A stretch of DNA of 64,000 bases, taken from contig SMSO01000032.1 of NCBI GenBank assembly GCA_004764695.1, positions 5,550,483 to 5,614,482 of the forward strand, given 5' to 3'. Positions within the stretch are counted from its first letter, which is position 1. Every line of letters begins with the position of its first letter. Below are positions 25,063-34,544 of the stretch, piece after piece. This DNA comes from Schizochytrium sp. TIO01. Lineage: Eukaryota > Protista > Bigyra: Labyrinthulomycetes. The notes under the pieces were generated by a model. It was given only the letters and a program-made list of their open reading frames with translations, was not told where the DNA came from and made no database searches. Made by a program: the position numbers and the translations under genes.

Positions 25063-26724
25063 ATGGTGCAAGCAGCTGCGGCTGCTGCAAGCCATGCAGT
25101 GTCAGCGCGTCGCTCCTCAGCAGGGCCAGGATCTGTTGGCAGCCTCGGACGAAGAGAGGATCTTCAAATACGCGTCGTTAATACCCTTACACAAGTGTCA
25201 GCGCGCTGCAAGCCTGCATATCTAGACGCAAGGCCTCCGGAGCAGCAGCGAGGCAGGCCTGGGACTGATCTTAGCCGGTTTGTCTTCGTGCGACTCGAAT
25301 GGAGAACTCCAGGAGCAAGAGGTTGCTCTTCGAATTTGTTGCAAGACTCGCCCAGATCTTGCCAAAATCCAATCTCACATCTATGCAATAGGCACGCAAA
25401 TCTGGAGAGCGCTTCTTCTTCAGACGTCAGCAAAGATGCAGCAGAGAAGAGCATAGATGCTTCTGTGGAAAGTTTCGAACATCATCACACATCTGAAAGG
25501 AAAGCATCATCCTCAAGATCACCAGAAACTACTATGCATGACATAGATACAGATGTTCGACAAGCCCCAAAGCAAAATTCCACATTGAACTCTACTTTTA
25601 CCTCAACAACGGCGGGAGAAGGACAGGACCGAAAAACGTTGGCCAAGGAATATAAAGAGACATCTTCAAAGGATCCTTCATTTACTCGAAGTGCACATCC
25701 TGGGGAGGACACCGACGAGGGCTTTACATTTTATCAGGTCCTTGAAAAGGGCTCCAACAGAGTGTTGCATGTGGGCGTGGAGCCGCACGCTGTCCTCACT
25801 GCGCTTGTACCGCTAACAGAATTTGCAACCCATGTTGACCTCATTGTCCGCATTGTTAGAAAGCTTGATAATGGGGATACGCGTGCATGCTATGACTATC
25901 TGCAGCACCGCTTCATTGCCCCTGCAGCCATAACCTCTTTAGCCGCACCAAGCCCAAGCCCTACGAGCGCTGGCGGCGAAGCCTTCGAGTCTTTCTCTTC
26001 AACAGCATCCAGCTCCCTGTCGAACCCGTATCTCACGCCAACGTCCATGCATAACACAGCTTATGGACACAACTTCGCACCACCATCACAGCAGCGCTCC
26101 ACAGGATTGCAATTAGAATTTGGATCAGGAGGAGGCCAGTCCCACGGACATACGGTCGGCGAGCTGGATCAGTTCACCCATAGCATGGCGCCGCCTATCT
26201 CGTTTGGCATGAGCCCAGGACCAACAGCAAGCTCGCCGACAAGAGTATTCTCGTCTTTGCAAAGTCCACGCGCATCATTGTCTGCAGCTTTGGAGGCTGC
26301 TGACAAGAGCGTCTTTGCCGAGCTCTGGGCTACACTCGGCACGGATCGCCAACGGGGCAAGCTGCTGCAATGGTGCACCAATGCGCCACGAATGAAATTG
26401 AGTCGAGCACACGACCTCTTTTACTTCGAGCAGGCCCAGAGAGCGCGTGGAAGCGGAGAGATCAACGTTGGTGGTGGAGTAGCCAAGTCACCGCACATCA
26501 GGCTTCCGCCCGGCTCTGATGCGCGCTGTCCCGCGTGCGTGGCAGCAGCAGCCCCTTGGCGTGGCCACCCCAAACGTTGGCCTGTGCGAGCGCAGCCCAG
26601 GAAGAGCCCCGCAGAGATCTACATCGCAGCCGCAACCCACAAGATATTCCCGCGACCTCCGCCCTCGACGCAAACCCAACGCTCACACATGCGACGGCCT
26701 CCGCCAAGGCACTTGCGTTCCTAG
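25063..26724 (+). CDS. Orphan protein (~553 aa), largely low-complexity with two short globular-looking segments; start and C-terminus uncertain
   Basis: Only long ORF in the first 31 kb. ATG at 25063 (gccATGG); alternative internal ATG near 25534. Ordered-looking segments FTFYQVLEKGSNRVLHVG...YLQHRF and SVFAELWATL...LFYFEQ. Confidence 0.65.
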   Translation: MVQAAAAAASHAVSARRSSAGPGSVGSLGRREDLQIRVVNTLTQVSARCKPAYLDARPPEQQRGRPGTDLSRFVFVRLEWRTPGARGCSSNLLQDSPRSCQNPISHLCNRHANLESASSSDVSKDAAEKSIDASVESFEHHHTSERKASSSRSPETTMHDIDTDVRQAPKQNSTLNSTFTSTTAGEGQDRKTLAKEYKETSSKDPSFTRSAHPGEDTDEGFTFYQVLEKGSNRVLHVGVEPHAVLTALVPLTEFATHVDLIVRIVRKLDNGDTRACYDYLQHRFIAPAAITSLAAPSPSPTSAGGEAFESFSSTASSSLSNPYLTPTSMHNTAYGHNFAPPSQQRSTGLQLEFGSGGGQSHGHTVGELDQFTHSMAPPISFGMSPGPTASSPTRVFSSLQSPRASLSAALEAADKSVFAELWATLGTDRQRGKLLQWCTNAPRMKLSRAHDLFYFEQAQRARGSGEINVGGGVAKSPHIRLPPGSDARCPACVAAAAPWRGHPKRWPVRAQPRKSPAEIYIAAATHKIFPRPPPSTQTQRSHMRRPPPRHLRS

Positions 26725-27639
26725 ATCCCGCACGTGCTCGACCCCCTCGCAGAACCGCAGAACTGGGAACCCAGCGGAACTCCAGTGTGCTCTGCTCTGT
26801 ACCGGTACCTGAACCCGGGACCGCCGCTCTTCTTCCTCTCCATCTGCTCGGACTTGCTCGCGCACAGCAGTGCAGGTAGCTACGCCTGCTCGCACCACTG
26901 CAGAGCGCCGGTGCGGACCGGCTTGCCGAGCAACCCCCCTTTCGGCCTCCTCGAAGACTTTGGAGCCCTCGATAGATCGGTGCATCGATGGATGGAGAGA
27001 TATCTAAGATAGATAAACAGCTTTCTTTCTCTCTTTCTTTCTTTCATTCTCCTTCACAGCCAAAGCTTCAAACGACGGCATTGATTGATGATTGTTCTTC
27101 TTTGAGAGTCTCACGCACGAGAGGGAAAGAGAACAGAACGAAGGTGGTGTAATGATCATGGATCGATCGATCGATCGATCGATTGACGGAGTGATTGACC
27201 GAGTGAGCGAGCCGCGAGAGAGGGAGAGAGTCGTGGAACAAACTCGTGGCAGCTTGAGGTTAGGATGTAGGAATCTGCGCACGTCTTGAGGCCTGGCTTG
27301 TTGCACGAGGCATCGTTCGAGTTCGCTTCGTTTGGTGGTTGTGAAGTTTTGGGAACTCAGGTTGGCCACGGCGTAGGGCCGTATAAGGTATCGCTAGCGC
27401 TCGGCCCCAGCGTAGTCTCTAAAAATTCAGAGCTCGAAAGTTAATGTTCTTTCTGTCTGTTGATTTGATTATACTTGTTTTCTGTATCTGATTTGTTTTA
27501 GCTGTTTTGTTTTTTTGATGTTGTTGTTGTTGTTGTTGTTTTGTGTCGCTCGATGAGAGAGTATCGCGGAAAGAGTGTCTAACTCGAACTGGTCTGTTCC
27601 ATATTTCCAGGAACAGACAGACTCCTTGATTCGATTCTT

Positions 27640-27705
<66 letters not shown>
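27640..27705. repeat. (TTG)n microsatellite, 22 copies
   Basis: Perfect trinucleotide array; a shorter one lies at ~27519-27541. Confidence 0.97.
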
Positions 27706-27706
<1 letters not shown>

Positions 27707-28600
27707 GGGTTTTTGGTTTTTCTCTATTCTCTTTTCTTTTTTCTTTTTTCTTTTTCATTGAAACGATGTTCTACGAAGACTCCAACAACAAATTCGACAA
27801 TAGAACAAACAGCTTCAGACGAATAATAGAACACCCGCGTTTGAACAGCTGCGGAATCAGGTAAAGAAGAAGGCGGTTGATTTATTTAGCTAGCTTAGAC
27901 CGCTGTCACAATACTCACCTTCGCAGATTGAACGCCGTCCATGGCCTCACACTCAACGCGATCCTCTGCTCTGCTCCTTTCGAAGATCCGGGTCAAACTT
28001 GAGAACTCAGAACAACCTCGAAAACTGAGACGAACGTTTCCCTCATCGAGTGAGCTTCTGTTCTCTTCTCGATATCTCCTTTTATATCATTCGTTTTTGG
28101 TATAATAAATGGTTAAAATGATCGAGTGATGACAGAAATGGAATCATGCGATATCAGAACGTTTATAAACAGCTCGTAAAACGGCCCAGAAAGAAGCACA
28201 ACGCATCGCGGGAACTCAAACCATCCCGAGCGAGGGACTCTGTTCTTTTATTCCTCGCTTTTGGATAAAGCCTTGTTTGGTTAGGTTTGGTTTGGTTTTT
28301 CGCAGAGAGAACCGAAGGGATCGAAAGAGCTGAGTTCTACTGCCATCCATCATAAATAACTACGCTCGAAGAGGCCCTTTCTTTCTTCCAAGCAAAAATA
28401 AAAAGATTGCCTCAAAAGAAGACTCTAAAACCCAAGGTCGCCTCTGAAAAGAGGAAAACTCAACCCGGAAGGGAAAACACAGCGATTTTGGAGAATTTAC
28501 AATGCTGTTCCATCCATTCCGGTTGGTTGAAAAACGGCGCACTTATCAAAGGCGCTGAGGAAGGATGAGAGTGGGGTTCTCTCTGAGAGGAGAAGAGGGT

Positions 28601-28706
28601 TGAATGAATGAATGAATGAATGAATGAATGAATGAATGAATGAATGAATGAATGAATGAATGAATGAATGAATGAATGAATGAATGAATGAATGAATGAA
28701 TGAATG
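28601..28706. repeat. (TGAA)n microsatellite, ~26 copies
   Basis: Perfect tetranucleotide array. Confidence 0.97.
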
Positions 28707-30412
28707 CGCAACCAACTCCCTCAACCGACAGAAGAGCTCGAGTCACGCCAACCTTGAAATTGAAGCACCCTCCAATACTATAGCGCCCTAACCTTCTTCT
28801 CTTTCTTTTGAGAAGCTTTCGTTCTGTTCTCTCTTCGAGGGTCTATAAAACTAAACAAACTAAATATGCACTTCTGCCAGAACCTCTTTTTTAATTAAAT
28901 TAATTAAATTTTATTAAAACCACTCTGTAGCTACTAAAGAACAAATTTTAATTGTTATTTGATCGAAATTTAAAATATACATTTTGTTTTATTTTTTATT
29001 ATTGAATTTTAAATTTAAAAAAAAAAATGTTTATGAATGTTCTTTTTTTAAAGCTCCTTTTTCAAGCTGTGATGATGAATACTTTTCTTTCTACTTTTCT
29101 TTCAAATTAAAGTGCCTCCGTTTCAATAAAGATGGGTTTGATCGAGTAAATAAATTAGTTCACATGATCGTGGCAGTTTCCTCGTGTTCCGTTTCCCTCT
29201 TCACGCATCCACTCATCCTTTTGCGGGAACTACCGCCGATCCCTTCGCCAATCAATGAGGCAAATATCGATTCCATTCTCCATTACAAACGTGTTAGTTT
29301 AGTTCTGCATCTCCAATCCCCTCATCTCGACCTTTCCCTGGCTGTTAAAAATACTAAAAATAAACAGAACGCCCGCCTCGTTGGAACGCCCAAGTTCACC
29401 TTTGAGTCGATGTTCCTTCGCACAAAAAAAAAGCTTCTCAACACTCATACCCGAAAGAAAGGGAAGGGAAGGAAAGGAAAGATCCGACCAACTATCCAAC
29501 CGACTTACTTTGTTTAATCGCCTTTCACCGCAAGCAAGCAAAGCCACCATCGCCATTATTCGAGTCTGACCGTTCTTTCGACTCACCCATTGCAATCGCT
29601 TACAACATTCCCTCCTCTTTCTTGTATTCTTCGCCTCTCTCTTTGAAAGAAGTTATTATTGAATTCAATTCACTCCTACAAAGATCTTTCCGTCTGAGAC
29701 ACCGTCAATCAAAACAAACTAAAATTAAATTAAATTAAATTAAATCAAAACAACAGAACCCGGGGATCTCGGAACCCAACCTGCGAATCGAACCGAAGCG
29801 CGATCGAAGCCGGAGGCCCTCGGCGCGAAGAACGCGAACTCGCTCGCCCCTGGAGGAGCGCAGGACTGACTGTCTGTGCCCGAGATTCCTTCGCAGAGCG
29901 GCTCCAACCTGGTACATGCAAAGGCGACTGAATCCGAGTCGAGCTCGCAAAAGGCGAGAGATGGGCGCGGGACTAGCAGCGCATAGGTAACTGGTACGTC
30001 GATAGAGTGGACATGAATAGCGATGGGTATCATAAGCATATGTAGATTATGTTTGGATAGATGGATGGAGAGGTGGAATATGAAGTATTAATAAACGCAT
30101 GTTTATATCTGTAGTAGAAAATAGAGAGATAGATAGATCGATAGTCAGAGGTTAAATGCAAACAAACGTATCTTTATATTTACGCACTACCATGAAATGC
30201 AAGCTTTGCAAGTTTTATAGTTTAAAACCTAAGAGACAGCCTGAGATTGAATCTATATAAAAACATATGTTTATATATAAACATATATGCATGGATGGAT
30301 AGGTCGGATATTACGCTTATCCTGGCGCTCGAAGTGCTGGAATCGATAGGAAGATACGCACTGCTTTCTGATACCGCATCACTGAGCACCGGCGAAGGAT
30401 TTCGATGAGTTC

Positions 30413-30448
<36 letters not shown>
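30413..30448. repeat. (GCA)n microsatellite, 12 copies
   Basis: Perfect trinucleotide array outside any supported CDS. Confidence 0.95.
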
Positions 30449-30449
<1 letters not shown>

Positions 30450-31880
30450 CTTGGACGCATTCTGCGAGATGGATACTGAGAGCATTCGGTTCGATGCCGA
30501 AGAGCGGATGACAGAATGGTATCGTGGCGGACGAGGCGTAGAGATAAGACTAGGTGGCTCACGCAGTCGCACCGGGAATTAATAGAGCGCAGAGATACAT
30601 AGATCGCTTCTTCCCTGGAATCAATCCTCTGAGGTTCTATGGATCTGCCATTCATGCGTTGCCCTCAATTGCTCGGCCTGCAGGACATGACATGAATGGC
30701 GGAGACAGACATCACGCTGAGGACGTGCCTGCTCGCTTGCCTGCTTGCCTGCTTGCCTGCTTGCTTGACACGCAAACGCGACGGGTCCTGGTCGTGAAGA
30801 ATGGATGCCTGGCCAAAACGAGGCCTGGCAGTAGATAGGCGTATTGCTACGGAGGCGGTACTTGGTATGAACGAGAACGAGATCTGAATCAGGACCAGGC
30901 GCAGGGATATGAATCTGACGTGCGATCATAGTTGGATCTGGATCTTTGGAATTCACTCATCTCTTTTGCTTTTACTGTTTTTGGCGGGGAAGAGGGAAGG
31001 ATACTTAGTACCACTATGGGTTGGCTTGCTGTAAAACCCGGCGATCCATTGTGCGAGCTAGCGAGCTAGGCTGCGAATGGATGGCAAGCGGAAAGTGAAC
31101 AACGCATAGCTCGCCCGTCTGGAGAACTTGGAGCTGAGACGAGTTGCGGTGTAAATGCGTTGGGTAAACTGTCAAATAAATGCAAGCATCGTCTCTAATG
31201 AAACCCCCCCCCCCCAAAAAAAAAAAATATTAATAAAATTAATAAAATTAAAATTAAAATCATTAGATGTAGTTTTGACTTGCGTTTTGGAAAACCCGGT
31301 TGAAGACCATGCATCGACTGATCGTAGTCTGATCTAAATCTCTCTGCGGCTTGTCTTTACAGAAGAAGAGAAACCAAAAGATCCTGACGCGTTCTGAAAT
31401 TGTGTGCATCTGATCCATTGCTCGTCCTGCTAATCTGCTCGACGTTGACCAATACCGCATAAATCAGATCTGCTGCGATGCATGGAAAATCTGCAAACTT
31501 CAGGCGTCTACTCGCTACGGAGAAATTCTCGGGAATACATGGACTTCAAGGCATAATAAATCAAAGTGACCGGCGCCGCTAAATTATATATAGATAAATA
31601 AATATATATATATTGTGTGCAACATGGTTTTTATCTAATGGTAATATAATATTGAAATTCTGCAGGACAACCAAGATGCACGACGAGAATTTAAGCAAGC
31701 TTAACATATACACGCAATATCATTAATGTCATATCGTGCCGAATTTATGATTATGTATCACATTGGAAACCCCATCAGAAGTCAGATACAAAAGTCGCAC
31801 ACGAGAAAAGTAAAGTATCCTATGTGCTCCATTTGCGAGCTTGCCAAATGAGAACGAACTCTCCTCAATCGTGAGCCAAA

Positions 31881-34544
31881 TTATGAAATCGTACAGCACC
31901 CCTGAGCCGGAGGCGGGGAAGCACTACCACCACCAACATGTGGAGCATCTTCAATTGCAACTGCTGGACCGCTATGCGCAGTAATCGCTGCTTCATACTG
32001 GGAAACTTTTACCGCAACTGTGCTTGAGGATGGTTTAAGGTCCTTTGCCCTTACGCCCTTGTCCACTTGCTCGTCTTCTCCTTCCTCTTCTTGTCCCTCC
32101 CCGACCCCATCACTATCATCACGTTCTTCTTGTCTCTTCCTCTCGGCCTCTCTGGCTGATGCACGGCGCTCTGCCTTTTTCATCTTCTTCTCAGCCTTCG
32201 CAGCTTCTTTTGCGGCGCGAGCTTGCTCTAGCTCTTCCTCGTGCCTCTTTTCTTGAAGATCCTCCTTGAGTTGCGCAAGTGGATCGACATGGGCCTCTTC
32301 TTCAATAGAAAGCTCGGGATATTCTGTTAAAAATAGTTGCGCTGGGGTTCGAACTGTAACCATGCAAGTCTTGAAGTCATACAAAAACGGCAACACCATT
32401 TGTTGCAGGACGCCTTGCTGCAACTTGAATAGCCGGGCAAAGACAATCCGTGTACTATTTGCAGGAAGCGAATCATCCGTCTCTAGTTCATCCATAAGAT
32501 CCAGTGAAGCCTCTAGCGCATGCTGCCATGTCATTTGATCTGCGATGGAAGGCGCCACAAGCTCAACTTCCTCAGACCTCGAAGACAGCCGACTTTCACT
32601 ACGTACGCGATGTCCCTTGACATAGAATTTGTGCTTGTCCTCTGGATCCGGCCGAATCGCATCAGATTGGCCATTAAAGACTAACTGCAATTGTGGTTTA
32701 CGCCTGAGCTCTAAGTTCTTTTCAGAATTGTACAAAGTCAGCATTGGGTCTGGTGAGGCACTAAAATGAGCATAAACCTTCTTTCCTCCGCGTATAAGAG
32801 GTCCCGTGAGAATGGTATCCACTGCAATAGGATGCTCTGTACCACGAGGGTCAGTGGTGCTGAAGGTCTCACCATGCTTGAGAATGCATGAAAATCGAAC
32901 AGACCCAAAGTCAATATCCGCATCATTGTCATCTTCATCATCGCTTCCCATTGCTGAGCTGCCTCGCCGTTTCAGGGTGCGCTGCAATCCATCATGAGAT
33001 TGTTCATCCGGGTGGAACAGTAGAATAACCGGATCTCGTGAATTATCCTGGCGAAGCGCATGCTTCTTACTTGAGGCATCGAGTTCGAACAGGAAAGATT
33101 TCGGCTTTGAGTTGTCAACGCCAAGCATAAACACAGGGCGCTCTTCGACCCGCTTTACAAAGAATCGAGGAGCACGTGCTTTGGATAGAACAGCAGGGTC
33201 ACAGATTTCATGATAGCGTTCCATTCCATTCACCACAATCTTTCCAGGGCCATCGAGCGGACCTCCGCAGTGGCTACATACAGGTGCAGAGTCACCAATA
33301 TATACCTTGAGATCTTCTTTAATAACCTTGTTTCGCTCTTTCAATGATGGCCGTGCATCCACTGCATCAATCTCGTCCATTCGTTGTTGCTTCGCCTCAG
33401 AGCTTAATGTACCTTGAATGAGAGTGCCTCGCGAAAGTTGCCCATGACGCTCGCAATAAAGCTCCCCATCAACCTCCCGATATTGTGATGTTGAAAGATC
33501 TACCTGGTCTTCATCTTCAACTATTTGACGACCTGCTAGACTTTTTTTGCACGTCTTACATCGCAAACAGAGCTTATGGAAAATATGTTCTGTGGAGTCC
33601 ATCACCTCCTCTGTCTTGTAGACCGATTTGCCACAATGACAACATTTGGGAGCAGCTTTCGGCTGAAAGGCTTTCTTTGGCTTCACATCTTCTGTTGCCT
33701 CTTCATCCTCATCATCCGCTGCCGCATTATCCTTGGCATCTATATCAGCATCAGAGGTAGCTGCATCTGCTCCTGTAACATCATCGTCATCTTCATCTTC
33801 ATCATCGGTATCGTTAACCACCATTGCTCCTTTTGCAGAACCATTCACGTCAATCTTGGCCGTCATCACATCGCCCTCGTCCTCGCTGTCCACCTCGTCG
33901 ACCGCAACAGCCACGGCTTCAGCATGGACAACTGACTCGTCGTCATCATTATCGCTATCGAAGGCTTCTTTCTCTTCATCTTCGTGCTCATTTTCATCGT
34001 CTTTGTCCTTCTCAAAGTCGCTTGCCTCACTATCCTCAGTATCATCCCCACTTTCCACTACACGCGACTTCTTGGCATCCTCCATTTTCTTGAGCTCCTC
34101 GGCCTTCTTGACTGCCTCTGCTTGCGCTTTTGCTAGTGCCTGAGCTTGTGCAAGTGCCTGGGCACGAGCTTGCGCTTGTTTATCATCTTCCTCCTCGTCC
34201 CCTTCCTCTTCCTCTTCAACGACAACATTATCTCGAAAGTCTTCTTCGTCGCTTTCATCTGAGTTTCTATGAACAGCTTTCGATCGACTACTTTTTGAGC
34301 GAGAACTTCTCCGAGAACTTTTGGAGCTACTGCGGGAAACTTTAGAGCTGCTACTCTTGCGCGAGGATGTCCTTGAGCTCCTGCTTCTGCTCTTGCGGCT
34401 GGATCGCGATTTTCGCATCTCGCCCTTTTCCTCTTCATCGTGGTCATCCTCTTGCGCGTCTTCGAAGTGGTCCTGAAGCTCCCGCGCGATTGCATCTTTG
34501 AGCGAGGAAGTGGATGCCTTCGAGGAGGACCGCGACGAGCTCAT
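31881..34544 (-). CDS. LIM-domain and PH-domain protein with C-terminal CaaX box (887 aa)
   Basis: LIM pattern CxxC(CHC)GKSVY...FHKLCLRCKTC...GELYCERH. Half-LIM CSHC...YHEIC. PH-like region ending ELVAPSIADQMTWQHALEA. Ends GCCTIS*. Acidic/Ser-rich N-terminus. Confidence 0.9.
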   Translation of the reverse strand: MSSSRSSSKASTSSLKDAIARELQDHFEDAQEDDHDEEEKGEMRKSRSSRKSRSRSSRTSSRKSSSSKVSRSSSKSSRRSSRSKSSRSKAVHRNSDESDEEDFRDNVVVEEEEEGDEEEDDKQAQARAQALAQAQALAKAQAEAVKKAEELKKMEDAKKSRVVESGDDTEDSEASDFEKDKDDENEHEDEEKEAFDSDNDDDESVVHAEAVAVAVDEVDSEDEGDVMTAKIDVNGSAKGAMVVNDTDDEDEDDDDVTGADAATSDADIDAKDNAAADDEDEEATEDVKPKKAFQPKAAPKCCHCGKSVYKTEEVMDSTEHIFHKLCLRCKTCKKSLAGRQIVEDEDQVDLSTSQYREVDGELYCERHGQLSRGTLIQGTLSSEAKQQRMDEIDAVDARPSLKERNKVIKEDLKVYIGDSAPVCSHCGGPLDGPGKIVVNGMERYHEICDPAVLSKARAPRFFVKRVEERPVFMLGVDNSKPKSFLFELDASSKKHALRQDNSRDPVILLFHPDEQSHDGLQRTLKRRGSSAMGSDDEDDNDADIDFGSVRFSCILKHGETFSTTDPRGTEHPIAVDTILTGPLIRGGKKVYAHFSASPDPMLTLYNSEKNLELRRKPQLQLVFNGQSDAIRPDPEDKHKFYVKGHRVRSESRLSSRSEEVELVAPSIADQMTWQHALEASLDLMDELETDDSLPANSTRIVFARLFKLQQGVLQQMVLPFLYDFKTCMVTVRTPAQLFLTEYPELSIEEEAHVDPLAQLKEDLQEKRHEEELEQARAAKEAAKAEKKMKKAERRASAREAERKRQEERDDSDGVGEGQEEEGEDEQVDKGVRAKDLKPSSSTVAVKVSQYEAAITAHSGPAVAIEDAPHVGGGSASPPPAQGCCTIS

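Noticed and set aside
10534-28706. (ATTC)n and (GAAT)n arrays as possible terminal inverted repeats of an 18-kb element
   Set aside because: Flanking sequences are unrelated; these are independent common microsatellites
27575-28746. ORFs encoding poly-Cys, poly-Leu or (HSFI)n
   Set aside because: Translations of microsatellites
1-31800. Stop-codon reassignment (TAG as sense) to explain the ORF-free region
   Set aside because: Long genes in the window translate cleanly with the standard code and one ends in TAG; the relic frames are also broken by TGA/TAA and frameshifts
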